Below are positions 1 to 10,307 of a stretch of 64,000 bases of DNA, piece after piece. Position numbers and translations under genes: made by a program. Source of the stretch: Tricharina praecox (lineage: Eukaryota); contig NW_026250433.1 of NCBI RefSeq assembly GCF_024521635.1, positions 124,001-188,000 on the forward strand, in the 5' to 3' direction. Within the stretch, counting starts at the first letter, position 1, and each line of letters begins with the position of its first letter. The notes below the pieces were generated by a model, which had not been told where the DNA came from, did no database searches, and was given only the letters and a program-made list of their open reading frames with translations.

Positions 1-615
1 AGAGGACAGAGGAGGAGAGCGGCGACGCTGGATTTCGAGTAGGCTCTCCGGTCGGGTGGTATGAACGTCCCCGATGCCACTCCTGGTGGGTGGGCTGCTG
101 TAATGGGTCTTGCAAGAGATGTGCTGGGAACGACTCGGAGCAGCGAGTGAGTGAGACGGTATGCACGATTCACAACCGTCGAGATGGTCCCGCGATACTC
201 CGCTACGGTAGGTAGCTATTTCGGATGCATCTGCTTGCTGGCCTCTGTCATAGCGATCGTTGATCATGTTGCGTCCTTTCATCTATGTATGATACCGTTA
301 CTTGGGCTAGCCGCTGGCGAACGTCACTAGCCTGAGCTTTCTTGGTGCTCTGCGTACCAGCACCTCACCACCGATAACAAGATAGCACTCGCCAGGGCAG
401 TTCCTCCAAGGCCCAGACCAATTCCCCCCATTCGAGACCACCTTAACAACCTTCTCAGTATGATACTTTTGTTTTCTTCGTTGGAGCATAGACCGGACTG
501 GCCGCTGTCCTGACTACCGGTAACCCCCACCACCTACATACTTAGTCAAGCCATGATGGTATAAACCTTCGTGTATGTACACATTGAGCTCATGGCGACG
601 GTGGAGCAGCATACA

Positions 616-745
616 CTTCAAAGTTCCAACCCGGTTCCAACCCGGTTCCAACCTGGTTCCAACCCAGCTCCAACCCGGTTCCAAGTTCCAACCCGATTCC
701 AACCCAGCTCCAATCCGGTTCCAACCCAATTCCGATCCTCGTTCC
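616..745. repeat. Degenerate ~11-bp minisatellite (CCGGTTCCAAC-like units)
   Basis: About 10 imperfect copies of ccggttccaac/ccagctccaac are directly visible. They create the spurious repetitive ORFs at 514-759 and 571-1257. Confidence 0.85.
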
Positions 746-1542
746 GAATGACATCCCATGATTGGGCGGAACTTGGAACCATCAGACCAACAAACAGCCG
801 AAGCAGCTCCCTTCCCCGTAGGTTGCCGGCCGGTTTACAACACCTATTCCGCCCAGAAATCCAGGATCGTTGCTGGGAAGGACACGAACGAACGGAATAC
901 GATGGATGGCCGGCGGACGGGCACTGCTGTGGTAACTGCGGTCTCCTCTCCAGGCGTGACTCGGCGCTGCCGGACTGCGAGCTGGATCATCGCTATTGCG
1001 TGGGCGAGGATCGATTCAGCAACCCCCCACCCCTACTACCCCCCCACGCCAATGAAGGAGGTACTGCACTGCGTAGATATCGCCCTGGAGGATGGAGGAC
1101 GGTGCCGTGGTGGGGATTGGTAATTATATGTATGCTGTTCCCCATCCAGCCAGCACACTCTGATACATTTAGCTACGTATCATACAACCCCCGCCCCTTC
1201 CATCTCGAGCTCACAGCAAAAAAAACGGGCTCCCGGGGTAGGTCCGTCCCACGATGACGACGAGGCGTAGTCGAACAGTCACTGCCGCAGAGTGAGCGAG
1301 ATCGGTGAGGAATGACATCTTACCCGGATGGTAAAGCTATGTACCAGCGAAGCATCGTATTCAGGTCCCGGGAATGAATGAATCGAAACAAACAATGCAG
1401 GCTTCATATTCCCTGTTGTAATATTCCAGAAACATCCAACGACGACAAGCTACTCGTGAGGGGGTAATCGTGTCCAATTGGGTATCGTATCAAACGCCAT
1501 GCGAAAAGTCATATATACAAACCCTATTTCTCTCAAATCTAT

Positions 1543-2766
1543 TCAGAAAGCCACCACCACTGCATCTTTCTCCACCTTCTCCACCTCAATCTTCCTCAGC
1601 ACATACTCGGCGGTCAGCCCGCCGCCAATCGCCACGCCCCCCACCGCCCACGAGCACCACTTAAACCACCACCAGCAGTCCTCCACCTTCTTGAAATCCG
1701 CCCTCCTAATCATCCACGCGGTCAACAACGCGGTGCCTCCACAGCTGCCGACGAAAAACGCCGGCCCCATCCCCGAGATTAACCCGGCACCGGCCAGCAG
1801 CGAGATCTGTACCCCGCCCATGCCCGCCAGGAACTTCTTTGTGCGGCCTTCATTCGCGATCGCGGTGCTTTTAACACCGATGCGCTTATCGTCCTGGATA
1901 TCCTGGTGTGCATATACCGTATCGTAGAGGACGGTCCAGGCGACGTTGCTAGCATACAGGCAAGCGGTGGTAGCGGCAACGGTAGGATCCAGCAGGCTCA
2001 GACCAAGCGCGGGAAACCCCAGCATCGCGCCCCAGCTAAACGCGAGTCCCAGCACGACCTGGGGGTAATTCGTGTAGCGCTTCATGGCGGGGTACAAAGT
2101 GACGACGGTCAGACTCGGGATGGCGGAGACGATGACTTCCACGGGAAACTGGACGAGAACCGCGAGGCCGGTGAGAAGTTGCGCGCCCGTGAAGAGAACC
2201 GCATTGGTAGGTGTAACAGCGCCACGCGCCAGTGGTCGGAAGCGTGTGCGCGCCACTTTGTCGTCGATGTTGCGGTCCCACAGGTCGTTGATTGTGCACC
2301 CGGCCCCGCGCATGACCAGCGCTCCAGCGGTGAAGAGGAAACCTGTGTAGAGAACTGAGGAAACAGGGGCGACAGGGGCGGTCAGTGAGGCCGCCATGAG
2401 TGTCGACCAGAGTGCGGGGAGGAGGAGGTAGATGGTGCCCGTCGGCTTGTCAATGCGAGTCAGTTCGGCGTATGGAACCCATGATGCGGGAAGGACCGAG
2501 AGGATGCCGGTCGTCGGGGGTTTGTAAGTAGCCGATAGCAGGCTATTCTGTGGAGGTGCGTCATCGGTCTGAGGAAGGGTAGAGGATTTGCGGTAGAACG
2601 TGAGGGACGTTGGCCGACGGTGGACTGTTGGAGATGTATATTGGAGACGGGGTGTGAGATGTCGCGAGTGACCAACGGCATGGAATTGTGAGCGGAGAGT
2701 CGAAATCCCTTGGGCCTTGAGGGATTGAAGCTGCGAAAGCTGTGGTAGTCGACGTAGAGACGTCAT
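1543..2766 (-). CDS. COQ2: 4-hydroxybenzoate polyprenyltransferase, mitochondrial (UbiA family), single exon, 407 aa
   Basis: Arg/Ser-rich presequence; PYAELTRIDKPTG; aspartate-rich motifs GCTINDLWDRNID..RTRFRPLA and YDTVYAHQDIQDD..GVKSTA; multiple hydrophobic segments. Confidence 0.96.
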   Translation of the reverse strand: MTSLRRLPQLSQLQSLKAQGISTLRSQFHAVGHSRHLTPRLQYTSPTVHRRPTSLTFYRKSSTLPQTDDAPPQNSLLSATYKPPTTGILSVLPASWVPYAELTRIDKPTGTIYLLLPALWSTLMAASLTAPVAPVSSVLYTGFLFTAGALVMRGAGCTINDLWDRNIDDKVARTRFRPLARGAVTPTNAVLFTGAQLLTGLAVLVQFPVEVIVSAIPSLTVVTLYPAMKRYTNYPQVVLGLAFSWGAMLGFPALGLSLLDPTVAATTACLYASNVAWTVLYDTVYAHQDIQDDKRIGVKSTAIANEGRTKKFLAGMGGVQISLLAGAGLISGMGPAFFVGSCGGTALLTAWMIRRADFKKVEDCWWWFKWCSWAVGGVAIGGGLTAEYVLRKIEVEKVEKDAVVVAF

Positions 2767-3434
2767 TGTGGTATTTGGACGTGGATGGGGGGACGTGCGA
2801 AATTGGAAAGTAGAGAGGGCGCACAGTTACTCGAAGACGGGTCGAAGTCGAATGCCAAAAATTAAAAGACTAGCGCTCACTATGAAGGGACTAGCGCAGC
2901 ATGTAAAAGGACTAGCGCGAGTGTCATGTGATTTTGGTTTTCAGCTTTGCAGCGTTGAAGCTCTAACTTTATTTGCCAGAAAAAAAAGAAAATCCATCAA
3001 AAAAAGAAACAATGAAAGACAAAGCAATTATCCCTAACCTCCTCTTCTATCGTGTCTGGGCATTCGACTTAAACCCGTCTTCGAGTACTCTCTATGGGGT
3101 TCAAACTTAAAGTCAGCTAGTTAGCCGCGCCAAGACCATCCTGAGGTTACAGGCCAGTGGCCAGGGCACTGGGAGCAATGAACTGACTGGCAATCGCGAG
3201 GTTTTCACTGTGTAGCTTGTGATCTGCGTGGAAGAAGTGTGAACAAAGTGACACAGCACAAGACCGTCCGTTCAATCGAACCAATATTGCGGCCCTTGAA
3301 CCAAAGACCGCGGGCCATCCCTTCTCTCAGCAACATCCCCCTTCCGAGTATTTGCAGTATTTGCGCAGAAACTCTATTGACACGGTATCTACAAACCGAA
3401 GACCCCACCTCCACCTCCACCTTCAATGCCTAAC

Positions 3435-4018
3435 TCAAGCGAAACTCCTGCAGGGGTACTCAGAAGGGTAGCCCTGCGGGATATCCGACTTAAAGATCAC
3501 CCGCTTCCCAGGCAATGGTGGCAATCCGTTCTCCTGGAGAATCTCCTTCGCGTTGACCTGCTCCAGCACCCTTGAAAGGGCGCCGTTCTCGCTCTTGATA
3601 GCAACCAACTGCTTCGCGCCCTCTTCACCCTTCGCGATCCTTGGAGCCGCCGCCGATCCGAGGGTCAAAAGACCGGCAATGTCGTTCTGCCTGAACACAG
3701 CGGGGCGGGGGTAGTTGCGGCGAACATCGCGCTTCCAGTAAGGATTCTCAGCGATGTCGGCGGCGGGCATGGTGACGGGGTCGGTGTAGGCAGTTGCAGA
3801 GACCGATCCGGGGGCAGGGTTACGGTAGGTGGGGTTGAGAGGAACACCGGAGGAGCGGTTGGGGTCGACGGCAAAGGCGCGGCGGATCTTCTCCCAGATG
3901 CCGACCGGGTTGACGGTGTATTTCTGGTATGTCGTTAATGACAACGGCAAGAAACTTGCGGGGAGAAGCGGACCTTGTAGACGGAGACGACACCTCCGGG
4001 CACGCGCGGGGAAGACAT
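3435..4018 (-). CDS. NADH:ubiquinone oxidoreductase 21.3-kDa accessory subunit (nuo-21.3a/NUZM type); exons 4018-3974, 3923-3435
   Basis: Spliced start MSSPRVPGGVVSVYK|KYTVNPVGIWEKIRRAFAVDPNRSSGVPLNP; DIAENPYWKRDVRRNYPR; C-terminal YPCRSF. The 50-nt intron is GTCCGC..ATTAAC..CAG. Confidence 0.9.
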
Positions 4019-4487
4019 TGTGGCGTGGGTAGGTGGCTAGCCGATGGATGAGGGGATAGATCTGAGCAGCCGATCAGAGAGTGAGACCCGGCAAGAAATG
4101 GGAGCGGTATGGTGGCTAAATACTTGAGTCTCAAAGGCAAAAGCGGGCGTGAGGAGCGTGGCGATGTCTGGGCTCTGGCAGATGGCGAAGGGTTCGTTGA
4201 GTGATGGAGGGAGAGTTCCTAATTCCAAGGTTGTAGAGTAGCGAGGTAGTGCTTGGCATTATCACATGATATTCTGGCACTAAATCCACGTCACGTATCA
4301 CTCGGAACTCACATAGCATCTGCAATTGATCCAATGCGGCTGGAGTTCTCTCTGCTTTCGTTGCCTCCAACGTTCAGCGCGACTCTAGAATCGGTGCAAC
4401 TAGAATCGGTGCAACCAGCACAGTCCCCTACGACTCCTTCGTACCACGACTTCACCATCATCTGAAGACGACCGACCGGCAAGCACC

Positions 4488-6244
4488 ATGAATTCTTCTA
4501 GATCGCCGGCCGCTCAGCCACAGGGGAGCCAAAACGACGTAATCTTTCACTGCCACGTCTGCTTCAAAGTCGGGAGGTCTCTCACGCCGCCCGACGGTCA
4601 ATCACCCCCATTCTTGTTCACTAGTTGTTCGCACATCTTGTGCGCAGGTCATTTGTTTCCACATGATGGTTTGAACTGTGTTCACTTCGATAGCGTCTGT
4701 TGAAGATGCTGATTCTTATATCCAGTTCCTGCAGACGCCTTGCAAACACCGCAAGTTTGCCCATACTGTGGTAGCGGTAATGTGCGCGTTGGGACAGAGG
4801 TATTCATCCCGCATGTTGACATTATTATGACAACTGCTGATGATCTACAAGCCTCCCATCGACTCGCTCCACTTCTTTGCACCCGCGGAGGAGCTGTTCA
4901 AAGCTTTAAGGGCTAGCATTCTACATTCCCGCTGGTGTTTCTGTGCCTGACAGTGTTACAGTTCCAACACGAAAGCCACCTGCGAGTAGCGAACCACTAC
5001 ATACGACAGGCCGAAGATCTTGCAGCACTGCTGAACAAATATAAGAAATCAATGCTGCGAGCGGCAGACGAGCTATTAACGAACCGAAAGTCTGAGATAC
5101 CCACTCAGCGACGCTTGTTCTATGCTTACAATTACTTGCCAGGAGAATCGCCGAGCAGTTACTCGAGATAGCAGACTTAAAGGAAAATAATAAAGCCCTT
5201 CGCAGTCAACTCAGCGAAGCCCAAGCCCAGAATCCAGTTATGAACCAGATACCACGATCGATCGGTGATTTTGCTTCCGCAGCTATTCCAGCGAAAAGAA
5301 AGGCCGGAAGTCCTGAGGGCAATGGTAGACGGCTTGCAGAATTTAGAATGGACAAACCGCAGACTCCCGAGAATAATGCGGCAATCCCGCGGCTATCAGA
5401 TCGAGGCCAGGTTTTTAGAAGTCCACAGGCCCCGCAGAGACTTCCGACGGAAGAGCTTGTACACGATGACCAAAGGCCCCGCGAGCGTTTATGGCAAGAT
5501 CGTTCACAGCAAGAGCAGGATTCCGACGAAAGAGGATCTTCATATCAGCGGTACATGCAGGAACGACTGCAACAACACTATACCGACCAACGGCCTTCAA
5601 TTGCGCCGTCACCACGATCACACCCATCGCAACGGCCTTCGCAATTTACCCGAAACGTCAACCGGCCATTCCAACCGCCTGGAAGGGCTCAAGCGCCACA
5701 TAATAATCTCAGTCACAATAACATCTCCCTACCTGGCTACCCGGCGGATTTGGAATTAGACATAACCCCACCCCGTTCACCCGTCATGGCTCCCCCATCG
5801 CGAAGCGGATACATTGCACCATCATCAAGAGCGGGTTCTAACCAACCCATGCGCCGCAGCCGCAATTATGCAGCTTCGGAGGCGGGGTATTCACATACAT
5901 CGGCGAGAGGAACATCCATCCGCCTGTCTAACCCAGGTCGTGGCAGCATGGCTCCTCCCGCGTCGGTGCATGGACTCCCCACAACCCCTGGCAGTATGGG
6001 TTTGGGAAGGGGCAATCATTTGAACCGTGATCGTAACATGCCCCCGCCGGATCTGAGCGGCGCACCCAGCTTTAGAAACAGAAGGACGACAGCCAATAAC
6101 ACGACAAACCCACACTTTGCAAGGGCAGCTTCGGATGCAGGATATCAAGATCATCGCAGAACAGCTTACTCTCCTCCACCCCAGCGGCCCAGGTCCGCAT
6201 TGTTCGATCGGGGGACTTCCTGGGGAGCGTATAGAGCGGGTTAG
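4488..6244 (+). CDS. Zip3/CST9/RNF212-like RING + coiled-coil + disordered-tail protein (putative meiotic pro-crossover E3); exons 4488-4668, 4726-4799, 4852-4911, 4962-5089, 5143-6244 (514 aa)
   Basis: N-terminal RING FHCHVCF..FTSCSHILCAGH..VCPYCG, then 'FQ' and a heptad region (RIAEQLLEIADLKENNKALRSQL), then an S/P/R-rich tail. Four ~50-nt introns give an in-frame model, one of which needs a GC donor. Confidence 0.72.
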
Positions 6245-7187
6245 TCGGTGGACCGCCGGGAACGTATCGGAGGGTAGCCCGGGGCCCTTAGTAGGAGTTG
6301 CCGGACGTGCGGAAGGGTGTCCGTGAGGTTATTTGGTGTGGAGTTTGGATATATATGAGGTTTCGTGTGCGGCGACAGGTGATACGAAGAACCTTCGCAG
6401 CGGCGCAGTCGACTCCCTGTTGAGGGGACTATGAGAAGTTTTCGGTTTTTTCGATCCACGATGGACTTGAATATTGCTGTTTAGATGGTGATTCCAGGTA
6501 CGGAAATGTGGGCCATTTTTTGTTATCTTTTCTCGCCATCACCTTGAATTTTTACTCACCTCCGGAGGCAGATACGCGCGCCCGCTAATTCGTACGACCG
6601 AGGTCTTAATTTTGATCGCCATCGGTCCATCGGGGGTTTGAGATGAAGAGATCTGGATCGGATTGTTGGAATTCCCCATGTTCCTGAATTTATTGCGCGA
6701 TACTAGCCATCGTTATTCCAGTTCAGGCGAAGACGTGCAAGATGGTGGGCACTGGGTAGCATTGGCTTAGCGCGCAGGCATCGCGCAACTCACTAGACGC
6801 CTCGGTGTGACGCTACAGTGACATCATACGTCGATTGCCAGGCATGACGACATAAACCATAACTTCCAAAAGTGGCTTTTGCAGCGGGAGGAATTGATCA
6901 AAGAAAAGAACAGCTTGCTTGTCATTTGCCTTGGATTTGGTCGTCATTAGCGACACGGGCTTGCTTTCCTTGTCGGGAGCTGTGGCTAAAATCGGGTTTG
7001 GTAATGACGAACGTTGACGTTTCCGCGGTTCCATAAAACCCCAATCATCCTCCTTCCCTTCCTTTTCTATCTCTTCAACACCACACACATAAACAACACA
7101 AACAACTATCGCCTTCACCAACACCCCACAATTGACTACTTCTTCTACTCAAAAGACTTTCCTCATCCCACCACAAACACAAACACC

Positions 7188-7773
7188 ATGTCGTCGTATG
7201 GCTCTCTTGCATCTGCTTTCCACAGCTGCTTGGCATGTATTCTAACATGACGGAAATAGTTACACTCTCGAATACCTCCCCCCCGTCAAGCCCTCTGCCA
7301 TTGCCCTCGGCACAGTGTTCAACCAAGCCGCGAACCTCGCCGTCCTCACCCCCATCTTCGGAGAGACCTACCGCCGCGCTCAGCACGCCGACTCTAAGGA
7401 GGAGTTCATCAAGAGCAAGGAGGCTGCCTCCGCCGCTGCTCTCTACGGCTCTACCCTCGTCGGCTCTGGTATCCAGACCTACGCCGTCGCTGCCGTCCTC
7501 AACCACTGCGGTATCCTCTCCTACAAGGGTGCCGCCTACGTTGGAGGCCTGATCTTTGCTGCTACCTCCGTTCCTCTGGTTTGTTCTCCACCCCGCTCAA
7601 CACTTGATTTTATTCTAACGGGGTGTGCGCAGTTGGTCACCCAGATCTTCCAGGAGCGCAGGCCCGCTGAGATGGTTGCCGTCAAGGCCGCCGTCGGATT
7701 GGTTGACACCGTCGGACTGGCTGTGTTCCTCACCTACTGGGGAACCCGCCCCGCCCACGACCTTCTCCGGTAA
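7188..7773 (+). CDS. Small fungal multi-pass membrane protein (DUF1761-like); exons 7188-7195, 7260-7578, 7633-7773
   Basis: MSSYTLEYLPPVKPSAIALGTVF..KEEFIKSKEAASAAA..GILSYKGAAYVGGLIF..FLTYWGTR; strong C-ending codon bias; canonical introns; CACC-ATG start context. Confidence 0.82.
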
Positions 7774-8511
7774 ATGTGCGGTTTGGTGAGATGTTGGCAT
7801 TCGATTTTTGTAATTTTACGGCTGGTTTAGTAGATTGAATTTCAGGCGAATGGGCATGGGGATTGATTGATTGAATGATTGGGATGGGATTGGATGGTCA
7901 AAGTGGGTTGAAGATTGGTAGCAATGCCAATTCACTCCGATAATACCAATGCATTCCCGAACCGTGCTTTTTTTCGTCCAATTGTGACGATGTTTGTGAA
8001 TTCGGCATCTTGACGAGCCATAGAATGAAAAGGATAGCTGCATGCGAACGAGTCATCGCTCCGAAGGGTTTCCCAATCGGCGCATTTTCCTAGCTGCGGT
8101 TACCAACGTCATCGTGCCCACAACACTCCTGCCGATTGCAAGCTATATTTGCAGCACCTACCACTTTCTCTGTGCGGCGAGTAAAAACTGGAGACGGAGA
8201 CACCGCCGCATTGTGGCGTAACGCATACCTGGTACATGCAGGTCGATTGTGGGAACGGAGGGAATTGCCGATACCTAGATTTCCTGCGGATCCACATCGA
8301 TTCCGTGGGTAGTCGTTTTGTATGCATACCGCAAGGGACATGCGGTCACCGGTAGGGGTTAAAACACTGCTCGCACATGCCCGAGGTGAAACCGCTTCGG
8401 ACAGTGTGGCTCCCGTGTTTGCCACCGACGACTCCTGTCCGCAGAGTTCAAGACCGTCCGCCTACTCTACTTACTCTACATTTCAAGCTCGAGCCTCGAG
8501 TCATTCGATAC

Positions 8512-8539
8512 CTAGAGTAGAGTAGAGTAGAGTAGAGTA
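8512..8539. repeat. (TAGAG)n microsatellite
   Basis: Five to six tandem TAGAG/AGAGT units. Confidence 0.9.
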
Positions 8540-10307
8540 GGTACGCAGGCTTTCGTTAGCGATTGCCTTCGGCCGCGATGGCGCACCGAGTGATTTCGGA
8601 GGTTAATTTTGCCGACGTATATATGATATGTATATCGTATCCGCCTGCCAGCATATGCACCGAGGGCCAAAGGAGTATGTAGCAAAGTTCTCGTCCGTGC
8701 CCATTTGCCTTCCGCCAAGCAGAATGAGCCCACGGGCCACCTACCGTCTTCCCTCGCTCGTCCATGGAACAGCTGGCCAGTGGCAGCCCGTCCAAGTTCC
8801 AACTCGCTGGCTCACCCTGTTCCAACTTCCGGCGCGTGGAAAACAAAGACTCGATGGATACGACAATGTACGCCACGACCCTATCTACCAGAGCTTGCGG
8901 ACGAAAATAAGAGTATTTGCCGCTCCGATTCCACGCCAAAAAGTGAGGCTCGCGAGTGATCCCTTATGTCTGTCCGAGCCGTGCATCATGAGATATCACA
9001 CGCACCTCCACCTAAAACCCCGCATCTCCGCATTTCCGCATCTCCGCATTTCCACATCTCCACATTTCCACGCCTATAGCCCAAAGCCACACGCACAGAC
9101 GTAGGATCTCGGTTTTCAGCCGTGGATGCCGTGGACACCGGGGTGGGAGTGTGGGCTGGCTGCGCATGTTACTGCGGAGTCGAGTCAAACGCCATCGATT
9201 GTGCATCACTCCGGCGACGTTTCCCCGCGGCGTGCCGTGCGAACGGCGAACGGCGAGCTTACATTCAGCCACCCCACCATCCCGTCATCCAGCCATTCAG
9301 CCATCCAGCCATCCAGCCACAGCGCCATCGCGCCACATATGCCGCCCGGAGGCTGGTTCAGGTGGCGCTATCTATCTATATCTATATGTATTATCAGCGG
9401 CCAAGACCGACGAGCACTGCAGCACAGGTCCACATTGCATAACAGGAGTATATTTACGCACCATTCAGCACTTGGAGGTCTCAGATGCGACCCGAGTCGA
9501 TCTGATCTGCTGTGCCAGTCTACTAGCCAGCTAGTCTGCCAGCGGTGAAAAATTCAAGCCTTGCCGCTGGCGGCAAATGCTAGATGCTAGATGGTGCCAT
9601 GGTGGTGGGTGGCACGCCGCACGCCCATCGATCTACTACTATTTCATACCGTACCGCGGGGAGAGTCAAGAGAGACATTGCTGCTCTTGTGCTCGTTTCG
9701 GTGTCGGACAGCTGGCTGCTGGCCAATAGGCTCCCGTGCGCAGGCGCAGGCTTGGCCCTTGGCCCCTGGGTCTTCGACGCCAGGAGATCGGTGCTGCCTA
9801 GCAGACAAACAAACAGACAGACAAATAGAAACCGACAGACAGAGATGGGAGGGAGGGTGGGTGGGTGGAGGGTGGAAAGCTCACAATGCGCATCGATCTG
9901 CCGGTGCGCGTGCGCGTGCGAGTGCGAGATAACCAGCCAACCAGCTGGCAGCGGTACACCCGGTGACGGAAGGTATATGGAGACTCTGGTAGGTACGGGT
10001 ACTTGGCCACGGCCAGCCTATCGGGCAAACCCGACAGTTAACCAGCTACGTAGGTCGCCGGGCTCGCCCGTCCGGCGCCTGGAGGCCGGGGCTGGCTGGC
10101 TGGTGGGCAGTCAATGACACGATGCACGGTTACAGACACAACGTACTTACCCCACAGTGGAGAATATCTATCGTTTCATGTTGTGTCTTTACACACTAGC
10201 CATCTCCCTGCCCACGGTAATGACTGGACCTGTGCCGTCTTGTCTCTCCCATGCCTACCGTATGTACCTTCTATAGAATCATAGCAATTCCAGGGCACCA
10301 CACTCTT

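Noticed and set aside
1..267. Minus-strand ATG ORF open to the window edge (89 codons)
   Set aside because: No recognisable motif and it cannot be evaluated without the adjacent sequence.
571..1257. 228-aa plus-strand ORF
   Set aside because: Largely produced by the 11-bp minisatellite; no domain or codon bias.
4386..4416. 15-bp tandem duplication CTAGAATCGGTGCAA in the divergent promoter
   Set aside because: Similar two-copy slippage duplications occur elsewhere (~29156-29190, ~40356-40385); no evidence of function.
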